From: an uncultured virus (IMG/VR IMGVR_UViG_3300030102_007457)
Taxonomy: Duplodnaviria; Heunggongvirae; Uroviricota; Caudoviricetes
Length of the DNA: 64,000 nucleotides
IMG/VR virus record: IMGVR_UViG_3300030102_007457
Reading direction: 5' to 3' (one strand)
The notes below the pieces were generated by a model. The model saw only the letters and a list, made by a program, of their open reading frames with translations. It was not told where the DNA came from and made no database searches. Each line of letters starts with the position of its first letter. Positions within the stretch are counted from its first letter, which is position 1. The translations under genes were made by a program, and so were the position numbers. Positions 27,979-42,900 of the stretch are shown in pieces.

Positions 27979-30900
27979 ATGGCTGTGCTGGGGAGAACGA
28001 ATCACGCATTCTTCTTCGATGGCGTCAGCGACAGCATCATCATACCACAGGGCAGGCACACCAAACTCGGTGACCTCACACCTGACGGTAAGACCATGTC
28101 AACTCTGCTCTCGAGCAACCCTAGCGGCTCCCAGACCTCCACGTTGACGAGCGGGCTGTTCGGCAACCAGTTCTGCATAGAGGCTTGGGTGCAACCGGAC
28201 TGCGGTGGTATCATTGTTCAGAAGCAGGACCAGTTCTCACTGAGCATAGGCAACGTAGACACCCCCGGACCAGCGGTCTTCACCGTCACGCTCGACAGAC
28301 CCACGGGTATCGAGGTCGTCAGACTAAGCACAGCAGTCGAGGAGACCAACGGGTATGACGGAACCGTCTACCCACCCTCCACCTTCGGCGGACCGCACGA
28401 TTCCTACAATCGCTTCAACTCTTCATACGACGACGCGACCTCACTCAACATCAATCACAGGCCACTCATACACGTCGTCGCTGCTCTACGTAGTAAAGAC
28501 GTGGTCCTTTACATCAATGGTGAGTTGATGGTCAAGAAAGCGCTCAGGGACAGCGGTTTCACACTCAACAAGAGCGACCATCATATCTTCGTCGGTGGTA
28601 AGGGAGGCCAGTTCAGGGGAATCATGGAGGGTCTGCACCTCTCCAACAGGTTCACAGATTCGTTAATCAACAGGAACTCACCACTCGTCGATGAGAACAC
28701 CCTCGTGCTCTACAGGTTCGAGGAGCCTATCTCTCCCATACCCGGCACGTACAAGACGAAGCATTTCGGAACCCTCAGTGGTTCTGACCCTCATCCATCT
28801 AAAACGAGAATCACCTTCGCCAATGCATCAGATGCAGCGACGCTCGCATCAGCGCTCACCGGAAAGACCGTCACGACGGGCGACGTCGATTTCACCGCCT
28901 CTCCCTACTCATCGGGCAACTACAAGGTGTTCGATGCCCACTCCAACCCCGGCTCCACCTCCACGAGGAGCGTTCCCCATGTCCCCTACAACCTACTCAT
29001 CAACGCAGGCGCAATCAACCCCAACACCAAGAAGCCCAATCAGACTCCTCCAGAGAGGGTGAGGCTGCTTGCTATCAGGGACATCCACAGCAGCCCCTAC
29101 ATGGTCGTTTCCAGCATCCATCTCGATTTCGTGCACGGCACGACCGACGGTCTCAGAACTGTGTTGTTCGCTAACCCTAGAACAACAGACACTGACGACT
29201 TCTTCGTAGTCATAACCGGCGATATACTCATTGACGGTGGTACAGGCGCCCCCTACCAGCCTCTGCACTACGCCACCCAGATGATAGACAGGACCGGTCA
29301 GATGATTATCGACGAGGGACCGTTCGAGAGACACGGTATAGTGTACTCAAGCAGGATGTCCACGACCGACGTCGACACCGACAACCCGTTCGCAGTAGCG
29401 TGGGACACGACAGTAGTCGACGAGAAGTTCAAGATTGGACACAGCGGCAGGCACACGCTCAATCACGTCGAAGGGCATGCCTTCATGCGCCTGCTCCCAG
29501 ACCCCAGCGAGGAAATCATCAACCAGACGATAGATGCTGGAGTCGACACAATCGACGTGTATTATGATGCTGCATTAAAAGGAGTAGAGAACCAGATAGG
29601 AATAAACGCCAGAGTGGACATTCTCCAGAACACCGGTGACTTCACCATCAATGATATTACTAGCACCAGCGAAGTAAATACCATAGTGAGTAACGGTCTA
29701 CCCAGCGATAGCAAGGAAATCATAGCCATAGGTGGTAGCGCCCTTGACATCCTACCGTTCATGCTCAGGGGACCGGTTCCCACTGAACTTCCCTCAGTGG
29801 CTGCTGATATAGATAGCGAGACTAGGAGATACCATCTCAGGCCCAGCAGGAACTCGAGAGTGGCTATGCTCCACGTCCCCAGCCTGTCAACCTCCAATCT
29901 CGCACCCTTCGTCGAGGTCCACTACAACGCCATCGACATCACCGGCAAGTCGATGGAGGCCACTGGCGATTCTGGAACAGCGACCCCATACCTCATGGTC
30001 GAGAAGACCGTGCCTGCTGGCGCCACCCCGGTCGGGGGAGGCAGCACCGTGTACGACGTCATCAACACGGCCATCGGCAATGGCAATCTCACTCTACACG
30101 CGCCCGGTGGGTACATCGAAGTCACCATGAGCAACTCGGATTTCAACAGCGTCATCTCCAAGCCCAATTCCCTCGTCGGTGATACGAGCGAGGGGTACGA
30201 GTCGGATGACGAGTTGGACGAGAGATTCACGCCCTTCTCCGAGGGTGCAGTCAACTACACACCGAGGACACAGCCCAACCCAATCCGCACCGCTCAACCG
30301 AACACCCCTCCCAAAATCGTCACGGCGAGTCACACCACCAGCGACACTCACGAGAGCGTCTTCCACCGAATGCTCATCAACACCGTGTCGAACAGCAAGC
30401 AGAAGACGCTGACTGACAAGACCATCTACTCGAGGAGAGAGCCATCGACGGTGGTCTCAAGCCCATCGAACGGTGAGTTCGACAGCGGCAGCACGTCCAG
30501 CAACACACATATCCACGAGTTCTTCGATGTGATTGACAATCACCCGATTACCGATAGCAATATTTCCAACATGAGAATATACCTCCAACCCAGTGACCGC
30601 AGGAGAGTCAACCAGATGGCTCATCTAAGGAGCACGCTGGATGATGTTACCGAGCCCAATATCACGACCCTACTCTACCACATGAGCAGGGCGAGGGTGC
30701 GGTCCGTGGAGGAGAAGGAGAGCAACGGTGTCAAGAGCACAGTGATTCAGTGCCGTGGTCTCAGCGAGGCAGCAGTCAGCAGGACCGTCTCCAAGACCGG
30801 CGCAGGTAGTCCTGATTCCCATATCGTGAAGGAGATAGAGCCCAACGCGCCAGTGGTCACCGTCACGCTCGGTGGCCCCGGTCAGGGTGCATCCGACATC

Positions 30901-33900
30901 AAACCCACATACGACCCCAGCCCTCTATCCCGCCTTCCCTTCTCCACGCAGAGAGGATACCACGTCAGGACCGAGAGCGTGGCGTACAGCACAGCCAAGG
31001 TTGCCACGCTCAACGTCAAGCCGATGAACAACGAGTCTCCCAACATGGCGAGTTGGGGAACCTACGGCTTTGCGAAGAAGGGACGCGTGTACCTCGATGA
31101 CGGTGCAAGTGCCCTCTATGACGCCAAGAACGGAACGGCTTTCACTTTCACTGACAGATTCACCTCGTCCTGCAATGTGGCTGGGTCTGCCGCTATCACC
31201 AACATAGCATCCGGTACCTCCAACCTCGTGGTTGGTATGTTCATCAACAACGGTGGCTTCACCAACGCTAGGATACAGAGCATAGACTCGAGTAGCCAAG
31301 TCACGGCTGACACCGGTACGAGCGTGACTGCCACTGGTGTCTCCATCACATTCACCCATAACGTCAACTCCAGTTCCCAGACACAGCGCTATCTGGATGC
31401 CAACGGAACCAACTACGGCACATTCGACAATTGGCTCAAGGCAACGGGCAGGGCGTCCAACGTCACATTGGGAGCGACTGCCGACCCAATCACAGTCGTC
31501 CTGTCATCGGAGCCAGACTTCGGCACCGAGTCACTCAGCGAGGATGGCAGCACCGTGAACGACCGCATGTTCCAAGGGGGCGGCAAGGACGTCAACCATG
31601 ACTACCAACTCGGCACCCAGTACGCGAGCACCAGAGCGCTTGTAGAGATACCCATATTCACGAAACAAGTCTTCGACGACGACATCGCAGGTGTGTTCCC
31701 CGGACCTGACAACTCCCTGAGACTCAGCGTAGACGCCACTTACACCGCGCACACGTGGAACCCCACGCCAGTGGGCAGGCGTCCGGGCTCGCCGTTCAAC
31801 AGCGACAGGGCCAAGCACTCGGCCTACGCCCTCGCAGTCAGCAAGAGGAACACAGGTAGGAGGGCATTCATCAGCAAGAACATAGTGGTGGATGGAAGCA
31901 ACCTGCAACTCCACGTCAGTGACATCACCATCTTCCCATCCTCATCCGCCATATCAGGCGCTTACACCGAGAAGTATCAGGGGATAGACAACAGACCTAG
32001 GTTCAGAAGGGTGTTCTTGGAGAGCGGCGCTTGGGCCCTCTACACGGAGGCGAATGCAGGTGGCTACCTCGTCATACCCGACAAGGAATGGGCCATGACG
32101 AGGCAGTTCAGAGAGGAGATGAAGGTGGGGATGCCGGTCTTCCTCAGTGGCGGAGTCCCGAGCGAGTCGCTCACACCTATCGGAGACGAGCCGTACACCC
32201 CCAGCGTCGCATATGAGAATCGCTCCGAGCACTACCACGACACTGCCAGTGTGAAGACGCAGGGCGGCAATGTCGACTACGGGCTCAGGCAATACGTCAG
32301 TGCAGTCGAGTTCAAGGCCGGTCCTGAGAGCAACCCCCACGCTGCTCGCATCGTCCCCAAGAGGGCGACTGGTGTGATAGCCACAGTCAGGGGCTTCGTC
32401 GATGACGCTGGGCCCGGTGGTATGGGGATAGCAATCGTGTCACTATCATCCGATGAGGACTTCTCCACGTTCCCAGACTTCGGCTTCGACAGCCAGACGT
32501 CCCTCGACTTCAGCGTAGGAGACTTCCTCTATGAGGTGGAGTTGGACGACGCCGGGACGACGAGGAGGCTGCACTACTACGGTAGGATAAGAACCGCTGA
32601 CAGCCATGACGTGCCTGCCAACTCCATCGCGCTCGGCTTCTACAACCCAAGTGCTGGGTCCGTACCTTCGTATCTGACAGAGGGGAACCGCATCACCCTC
32701 AGCAGGAGGAGCAGGGCCATCCTCAACTTCGACAGGTCGAACATAAACGCCGTCAACAACGCATCAATCTTGGACGAGGAGTATGACGCATACTGCATAG
32801 AGGCTACTGGATGGACGGCGACCGTGGTGTCTGGTAACTCAACACTGACCCTAGCATCAACGGCCACCACCCCACTGACATCCAACACGCTCGGTCCCAA
32901 TCTCAGGAAAGGCGACCACATATTCATCAAAGACATCAATGGTAAGTTGAATTCCATAGGTATAGTATCGAAGATGACGACGAGGGACCTCTCTGGCTCC
33001 ACTGATTACACAGTCACACTGACAGGCACCTCACCATCATCCCTCTCTGGTACACTCTTCATCTCATTCAGCAACGCCTTCGTGGAGGACCCCGATGCCA
33101 TACTCAACAGGACATGGGTCTACCCATACGCCTCTGGCGGCTTCAGGAACGGAGACACCGTATGGTCGAACATGACGCTCAACAACCCACACGCCATGGA
33201 GGGACTCTTCGCCAAGAGCAGGGGAGTCCTGAACGAGGCGAGGGTATGGAAGGGATTCACAGGCGGCGCTGCCACGCTCAGCGACGAGCCTCGCAGCAGC
33301 GTGCCACTGGAGAACTTCCTCATCGGCAAGACATGCATAGAGACTGCTCAGAACTACGCACAGCACGTGAACAAGACCATCGAGGAGAACTACAAGGCGC
33401 TGGGCCTCAATGCCTCCGACGCACCCACGGTGGCATACGTCGACCCATACCTCGCTGATGACGACCACACTCGAGTGCTTCTCTATGACGTGGCCCATGA
33501 CAGGGAGTTCATCGCCTTCCAAGACATCTTCATGCAGGTGCAGACAAGTGCCAAGAACGCCGAGATAGGGTGGCCGAGGAAATTCATCAAGGACGGCTCC
33601 CTGATTGACTTGGCAGAGTACGTTGCCACCAACACAGGGGGAGGACCATCTTGGGCTACCACTCAGATAGACGTTGCTAACGGGTTCCCCTCGCAGAATC
33701 CCTACCTCCGTTCCACCCAGCAGTCCAAGTTCATCGAGTCAGCCTACGCCCATGACGTCGCCAACAGGATAGGTACAGACGTGCTGACTCCCCTGTCAGG
33801 TAGTTTGCCCTCGAGCATGGCAGCATCGTCAACCAGCGCGACCTCCCCATCGATATACGGTAAGGCGCATGGACACCACTCCCACACGGGTTACTCACTG

Positions 33901-36900
33901 TCAGGTGGTCTCTCAGACTACGCGCTTGGTGACAGTTCGCAGATGAGGACGTCGGATGAGACGGTGCTGCCTCTCTTCGCCACAATCAAGCACGAGTTCT
34001 CCAGAGTCAGGTCTTTCGATGACCTCTTCGTCACTGAACTCAAGAAACTCAGGAAAGGCACATCCAGTGCTTCTCTGAGAGAGCCCAGCACATTCCACGA
34101 CACTCCAGACGGCACACGGGTCATCCCCGCATTCCTCGCTCTCAAGGGCATTAGAGCCAACACCCTCGACCTCACCTCCCATGAGGAGAGCAGGTTGCAG
34201 CACCTACCGCAATGGAAGCAGATGGAGTTCATCAGGAGACTGGACATAGACGTCGGCTCCCTGTCCCTCGCAGAGGATGTCACAGACATAGAGAGCGCAG
34301 CCCATGAGATGGTTCGTATCATCAATCAGGCTGGTGCGACCAAGGCAAAGCGGGTCTTCGATGCCAACACCACCGGCAGTGCACACGACCCCGCCCCTTG
34401 GTGGGACGCTGGCGACGCATTCGAGTCGAGTGACAGGGGCACTCACATGGGCTACCTCAGAGCGCACATAGGGAGGCAGGTTCAGGATTTGGACGGTAAC
34501 CCCGGATACACCGTCGTTATTCACAGCACCGTTCCCGGTGCGAGCGGCAGGAACTTCTGCGTATGGCTCGACAACAGCAAGGGTCAGTCGCCCTACAGGC
34601 CCCAGTTCATCGTGGGTCACGGTGGTAGGTGGAGGAACTTCTGGGGCATGCCAGACGAGATAGAGAACGAGAATATGCACCCAGCACCATTGCCACTCAA
34701 CAAGCACGGTAGGCCGTTCGCGCCAATCACCACGCTCCATCAGTTGATAGATGTCGAGTTGACGGGAATGGACTCGGTGCCATCGCTCGATTTCTCATCA
34801 CGTGACAACAACACGGAGTCGCCTGTCCTCAGAGCGATATCCAACGCGGTGGGTGGCTCTGGTAGCAACACGGTCGCCGCTGACTCCTTCGAGCCCAAGT
34901 CCACTGACAAGAGCCTAGTAGAGGGACTCAGAACCGGCACTAACGCTGTCGGCAGGGTCAACTTCGGTGGCTTGGTCAAGGCAGGAGTCCCCGGCTGGTC
35001 ACCAGTCGCAGGACAGTGGGGCATGGGCCCGAAGGGCAACGACTCCTTCGCAAGGCGATACGGCAACAATACTATCACCACGTACGGGGACTACGTACCA
35101 GCAGCCGACATCAAGGAGGAGAAGTTCGGCACATCCCCCGTCTATGGCATAAGGATGACCGACCACAGGGGGAAGAACCACACCGTCCGTCTCATCTACA
35201 GGCAGATGGGACAACCCTTCGCAAACGAGAACACCATCCTACCGAGCACGATAGAGGACGAGGTCTGCATCTTCTTCGATGACAGGACCAACTCACAGGG
35301 AGGCTTCACCATAGGTGGGCACATGGTCGGTCAAGGTGACGCCACAGGCAGGATGACCGGCTTCTCCGGTGACACGGAGAAGGTCTTCTACGGTGGCAAG
35401 TGGAATCCCGTCGCCGCCCGTGATGTGGCCATCAAGTGCGACGTCACATACCTCCATGCGTCGAAGACACTCGAGGTCGTATTCGCAGACCCATACGACA
35501 CCTCGAGCACACTCACTCACCCTGACATGCTAGGCTACCTCGGTTTCCCCAAGAAGGACGGTAGGGTGCAGATTACGGACTCAGCGGGGAACGGGAACAC
35601 AGGGCTCACTCTCTCGTACACGTCGAGGAGCACGAACGATGCCTCTGGTGAGCACCGCTTCCAAGGGATAGAGAGCGAGTTCACGTCTGACCAGTCTCTG
35701 ACTGCGAGACTGATATCACCCACGATGAACTGGACCACCCTCATCACTGACGAACTGATGGCGGTAGCGACAGCAGCGGCCATCAACAACCACGGTATAA
35801 ACAACCCAGAGGGAGTAGTGTTCGACTGCAGGGACATGTATGCAGCCAACGGTCAGACCTTCGGGGAGATGGGCGTCAGAGCAGATGCCATCAGAATCAG
35901 GGCCTACAACCCAGATAGATTCGTCAAGCCGATAGCCCAGTTCTTCACAGCGAGCATACACCCCGACTTCGGCATCAAGGCCGCCCACCTCGAGTACGGC
36001 GAGGTCGAGAAGACGGACGCCGGCTCTGATGGCGTCTGGTCGTTCGGCACCTCGAGGGCGAACACGGACGGCAACATAGACGCAGGTAGGGACATAGACT
36101 GCGGATACGTCCCCAATACCCTGCTCCAAGTGACGAGCAAGGCGAACGGTCCCAACACGAACACGAGGACCCCCCTGCTCATCGACTCATTCAACGAGGA
36201 GGTCAACGGGACGCTGATAGAGAACTGGTCGAGGAACCTGAGAGGGAGTCAGTTCACCGACCACAGCGGTGACCATATACTGCCCTGCGTCAGCAACCCG
36301 ATGCTGCGATACACCAGTGTAACCACTGCTTCTCAAAGGATATTTATCGACACCAACACTGCACAAGACGAATTATGGGGCTTCCTCGCTCCTGCCACCC
36401 TAGCGAACGGAACAGTCCCCTCGTTCGGTGAGAGGAAGAAAATCTACCTGTTCCCAGAGGCCAGTGCAGTCGTCGAAGGTCACTCAGGTAATGACCAAGG
36501 CAATGTGAGGAACTTGAAGACGTTGATTTGGGACAACGACACTGCCACCTCGGAATGGGTCACAGCATTCGCCGGTGATGGGACATCAGGAGACACCACG
36601 GACACCGCCTATCACACTGGTGTGATATCTCACTATGGCAATCTCAGGAGTACCGAGGTATGCGGCCTCCGCTCGCTCGGCAGCGTGGACTCGAGTCCCA
36701 TACACCACTTCCGTGGTGGGAGGAGCAGCGTCGACAACAACGTGCCCGTGTTCTTCGGCGGTGGTTTCAGCGGTGTGGTGCTCGACGTCAACGATGGTAC
36801 CATGAACGACTACTCGGAGTTCTACACCCATCCCTACGCTGCTGGCCCAACTGGTGTGTCAGGCATACAGAACGCCAACGAGATTGTCACCAGCCATGCC

Positions 36901-39900
36901 ATCCTCGATGCCAACGCCATGCTCTCATTCTTCCCCGGCACCGCCCTGCTCAACCAGCACCGTGGCAGCATCATGCCACCTGCCCACAACAGGGACAACG
37001 TCCTCTCCCCCGACTTGGACAACTCCACTGGTAGCATCAACAGCGGTCACCCCAACAGCGCACCATACACCGCAGGGGTGGTCGTGCAGAAGCCAAGCCC
37101 ACTGGTCCTGCGCTTCGCCCATCCCACGGCTAGGTACGACGACCACATAACCAGCACCGAGAACAAGACGACATACATCATCTTCGGACCCGGACAGCCC
37201 TTCCCATTCACGCAGGAGGTCGCTGATAGCAGCAATATGACGGGGGCTGACTCAGTGCACCCACACACTGGTGCCGTCCTGACCGTGGGCAACACTTGGT
37301 CGAAGGTGCCCGGAAACATAGTCCCCAATCCCATAGAGAACCAAGACGGGAACTACATGCCGGAGGACGCTGATTATCACAGCGCCTACCACGCCTTCCA
37401 CTGGCGCACCCCACTCAACTGGGAGCCAGCCACTGGCAAGCCACTCTCCCTCTACTCGAAAATAAAACAGCGACCGGAGAACGGCAGAATGTACGGGCAG
37501 TACTTCAATGACGACAGTATCAGTGCTAGTTTCAGTGCCTCGGACCTGACCATAAGGAGGGGCATGCCTCTCAGGCACAACCCGCTCCTTGGATTCGGCA
37601 TAGCCACTGGCGCCGACATGGTGTGGCACATGGACGGTGGATACCACCCCGGTGGTCACTGGATGGACAACCAGATTGCAGTCAACCCCAGCCACCCCGA
37701 TGGGGACACCACCCTGTCCGTGTGGGGACCGACGACCCAAGTGCATCCCACGGCCTTCCGTGTCGCTGGTATGCTCACCACGAAGGTGCTCGGCTACACA
37801 GCAAGCGAGGGGCAACTCGTCGCCGCTGACGTCGACAGCGAGTACATCATCGTCGATGCGACACGCTGTCAGAACGGCGAGGAGTTGGCTACGGTGGTCG
37901 GTGCTGCCATCAACACCTTCCCCGGCAAGGGCGCTCTCAAGGCGATGGGAGGGACGCACATGCCCTCCATGGGCAACGCCATGAGGCAGGACAGGTACGG
38001 CTGGGTCGAACTCGAGACGTTCAGCGCGTATCAGATATCGACCGACCCCTACTACGTCGAGTACTCCAGCAGCACCCACACCACACAGGACAAGTTGGAG
38101 CAGATACCGGCATGCGGGTGGATAAAGGCCAGTACCAGCGGCTCTGCTGACGTACCTGCTTGGGGCTGCTATCACTCGAGGGAGGTCTTCGATGACAGTG
38201 GCACTTGGAAGGTCAGGTTCTACCTCGCGCCAAACAGGATAACCAACACTGAGAAGTTCGAGTCCTATGTCACGCTCAACAACGGCTCAAGCGCCGTAAC
38301 CAGCCTCGCTGGAGGGAGCGGGACTGGGTCCATCTACGTATGGAGCAAGGCTGGTGTCCACCGCTTCAACAACGTCGCAAGCACGACACGCGACCACATG
38401 TGCCAAGCCCACTTCTCAGGGCTCGTCGATGCCGTCGACAGGACGAGGCCCATAGGCTCAGTGGGCTGGCATGGTGAGCGATACTCCTACCTCAACAGCC
38501 TACGCGTCGACACCGAGGGCTATGGTGCTGGTCTAGGTGCTTGGCACAGCGAACTCGGCTTCTCCCCATACGGCAGCGCATCCAGCGTACTGAGCGGCTT
38601 TGGCGGCATACCCACCACAGCACCTCTTCCACGCTCACCCGAGAGCACACCACCCGTGGACGGCCTCGGTAGCGCACTGATGACCTACGTCAACAACCCA
38701 TACTCCTCGTACACCTACACCACGAACAGCCTCTCCTACTCCCGCAAGGACACCGATGACAATGCTCCCCATACCCTCCATGCCAAGCCATCCCACTACG
38801 ACATAGCGGACACTTTCCCAGAGGAACTCGTTCACCCACAGGGACTGTTCAGCAAGGCGTTCATCGTAATCGCATGCGAGTCGGAGTTCGCCCTGATAGC
38901 GAAGAAGGACAGGGACTCATCCACCTGCGTCGGTGACATGCTCATGGTCAAGGGTCAGGGGTCTCCATCGCTACGCTACGCTGGTACCACGAGGTGGGAC
39001 GAGAGGTTCCACGCCCAAGACCGCTTCATTGCACCAGCGCACGCAGGCCCGAACGTCGAGGCTCTGATTGTGAATGACACTGCTCTAGAGACCGACTCCA
39101 CCGACACGGGTGTCTATACGTTCCACACGGGCAGCGTGACTGACCTGCGTCTTGAGAACGCCACTCCCGACAGGGCCAAGACCGGGGACTTGGTCACGGA
39201 CCTAGACTTCTCCCTTGGCTCGAAGAACTTGGAGACCGGCATCACCGCAGAGCGAAACGTCGTGCCGGAGTTCTATACCAGCGGTTCGTACACGTCTGAT
39301 GGGGACTTCCCCACTGACTTCTGGAAGGGAGACATACTCGCATACGACCTGTACAAGAGGTCATCAGCCCTGAACTTCTCCACCGAGCACATCGTCTGGA
39401 AGAGGATGGACGGCGGTAATCTCTCACTGCCCGCTCTCAACGCTAGGGGGCTCGGTGCGGTGCCTTGGACCACGAGGGTCGCCAGCAGCACGGCTCATAC
39501 GAGCGGTGAGAAGTTGTATGGCAACGTCCGCTTCTCCTTCGAGACCACCAACAGCGCCATGATGCCGGTGCTGCAGGCGCAGGAACTCTCACACCCGCAA
39601 CTCGCTGATAAGCATGATGAGACCATTGGTGGTATCCTCACTATCCCCAACGAGGAGATGCAGTTCGACGAGGCGGTCGTTGTCGATGACTCAGGTCAAG
39701 AGCATACCCTGCAGGGTGGAAGCCCGCTCGGTACCGTGATACGCTCGTTCATGGTGCTCAAGGACAGGGGAGTGGAGGGCAACGCTCCAGCCTTGGCCAA
39801 CAGCGGCAACACTCCCTCCATGATGGTGCAGTTGCCAGACCCCGACACCATACCCGGAAATATCGTGGTCCGCTCCGGCTTCGACCCGGTGCAGGCTTAT

Positions 39901-42900
39901 CAGACTGAGTCATTCGGCAGCGGTGGAATGCTGCACGCCGACCTCTCGAATACCCATACAGGGCACTTGTTCGACTCCTCCGTCTCCTCCCCTAGGAAGG
40001 GGCCGACCTACGAGGACCACAACTGGGAGCATATAGACAGCATCAAAAACGTCAGCAGGACAACCGGGTGGGAGAGGGCCACTGGTAACAACCCGCTCAA
40101 ACTGTCATACGAACTTCACGACAGGTCACTGTTCTTCCACGTCACGAAGATGGGACACAGCCACACGCATCGCTATCCCACCACCTACACCCATGCGAAC
40201 GGTGTGGAGAATCAGGCGCTCAACGTCTCATCTTGGGACGCCTCGACCAGCGTACTGACCGTTGATGCCACAATCAACGCCAGAATATACGACGCATCCT
40301 TCGGAACCAAGGAGGTCAAGGACGACAGGCGTTTCATACGCATCTTCAACCCGACGACCGAGGAGAGTGTCGTAGCATCCTACACCGGAATATCCGGTAC
40401 TACTTTCACCGGCATAGTAGGTGATGTGGACTTCACTGCTTTCATAGCGGCGCAGACTGTCGCCAATCTAGATGTGGTACCATCCTACTACGTTCCCGCA
40501 GGAAGCGCCCGCTTCTTCGCAGCACAGAGGCTCAGAGACCACGCAGAGGTGAGTGGCGCCTCACCCGACATGGCTCATACCCACTACATGGACGGTAACG
40601 CGAACACGCTTGCTCACACCCGATACACCAAACCGCAACTCACCCCGATGCCGTTCCCGAGGATGGGTCATCACTACGTGACACCGACCATGCCCATGCT
40701 ACCGGGACACTGGGCCCACCCAGCCTACCAGTCCATATTCAAGAGGCACTTGGCAGAGAGAGCATCCACGAGGGGCTACAGGGACAGGGACCTCTTCGAC
40801 AAGGAGAAGACGACTACGTCGGTCAGTTCGGACATCTCTACCGACGTCACAGACTACATGAGCCCACTCGAGCCCGAGTTGTTCTTCAGCGGCGTGTCGG
40901 CGCCCGTGGCACCAAGCGACATCCATGGTGGTGCATTCACATTGATGTTCGAGACCAAGGTCAAGTGGGATGGGTATGGAGTCCTTGGCAGCAGGGGCCA
41001 TGCAGGCATCATAAACAAGGCAGGAGGACACACCATAGTTCTCGAGGCAGCCAACAACTACACCCTACAGGCCCACTTCCCAGACCCGAAGGAGGTAGGA
41101 GCCTACCAGATAGTCATACAACCCAACGTGCACAACACACAGTTGGTGGGATACCACTTCTACTCATCCGCGCAGAAACTAACGGGACAGCAGGTCAATA
41201 CCGTAATCGGCACCGAATACGTGGCTGGGGTAGGAGCGCTCGTACTCTACCTATCCGATGCAACCCAAGCAGACGTCAGGGGATGCGAGATATTCATCAA
41301 CGAGGTAATACTGGACCATGACGCTGACTTCGGCAAGCATTTCACCAACATACCACCATTGTCGCTGTACAACGCTTTTGGCATAGAATTGACCGAGAGT
41401 CCATCATTCACACGCAGGGCTTTCCCATATACACCCATGATGAGCAAAGCCACACCCGGATATACATTGAACATACCTTGGTGGAGTATATTGCATAGTG
41501 TGGCACCTGATGATGGTAATTCAAGTGGTTTCAGACATATATCTCAATATACCCCATATAATTACTACGATTTCTCAAGAAGTACACTAGGTAGTATAGG
41601 TAATCAATTGACAATTGCAGGATATCCATCGATATACCCTGACATATATTCGCATATATTACAAAATACATCCCTAAGTCCAACATGTACCGTGATAAGT
41701 ACATCAGGTAGTAGTCCTAATATCACAATAAACGTTGATGATGCCTCACTATTCCCAGAGACGCCATACTACAACCACAAACTGGAGTACACCGATTCCA
41801 ATGGAAAGAGGCAGGTAGCCACCTATACAAGGCGCAGCGGGCTACAAAGCGGTACTGTGAACGAACCCAAGACATTCACCGGGGTAACTACCACTGGTAC
41901 AATAACAACAGGTATGGAATTGAGACTAACTAGGGCATATGACAATCTACCTGCCAAGGATGTATTCACAGATACGAATAGAAGTATAATTACAAAGATA
42001 CTACCACAGTTGAAGAAAGGTACCAAGGATACTGTTGGATTACATGTACCAGATGCATTCCTATGTATGTGGCATCCAAATCTAGGTAGGCCGTATACAT
42101 TCTACTCTGATTCGAGCAGGACATGGGGTGGAACCACCACCGATAGGGCGGTTGACGCAGCCCAGTACAACATAATGCCCGACCACTTCCAGACCATCCA
42201 CTACCACGATGTCGTCTATTCGATGAGCCACGGCCCATTCGACCTGCGAATCAAGACTCCTGACGACGGTAAGGACGGCTCAGTCGTAGCGGCTGACTCG
42301 GACCACAATCAGGCAGGTGTGAATCAGGCGGGCACCAACATCATGCTCAACAGGTTCTGGCCCTGTGGTACCAGAGGAGGACCTCAATCAAGCCGCCCTG
42401 ATGCGTTTATGCAGGCCTCTGCCAGTTGGATTATACCTAGGGCATACGCATCGGACGACCTGTATCGATGGAAGGACAACAGCACCATAGACGCCTCATA
42501 CTCCAGAGGAGCGGGCATCGTCAAGGAGAAACTCGCCACAGCCAGTACCCACAGACTACCGTATGGCTACCGTATCGCTGTACGTCAAGCCTGCAACAGA
42601 CCCCGTTGGGGACTGATACCAACCCGTGCCATCCTCGAGGACGCGATGACCGGAGTCTCAGCGACCACCGTTGGGTACAGGTCCGGGCCTCTCGTCCAGT
42701 TGGAGACGAGAGCGTGGACGTACGCAGGTGGGGACACCGACTCAAACTCCACCTTCCCCAACACCTACGTCGGCGTGATGGAGAGACTGACCAACTTCTC
42801 AGCCATGCTCGGGATGGACAAGTACGAGTTCCAAGTGAGACACAGCGACGGTAGGAGGATGACTCGTCCATTCGGCTCACCAGTCAGAACGCTGAGGAAC

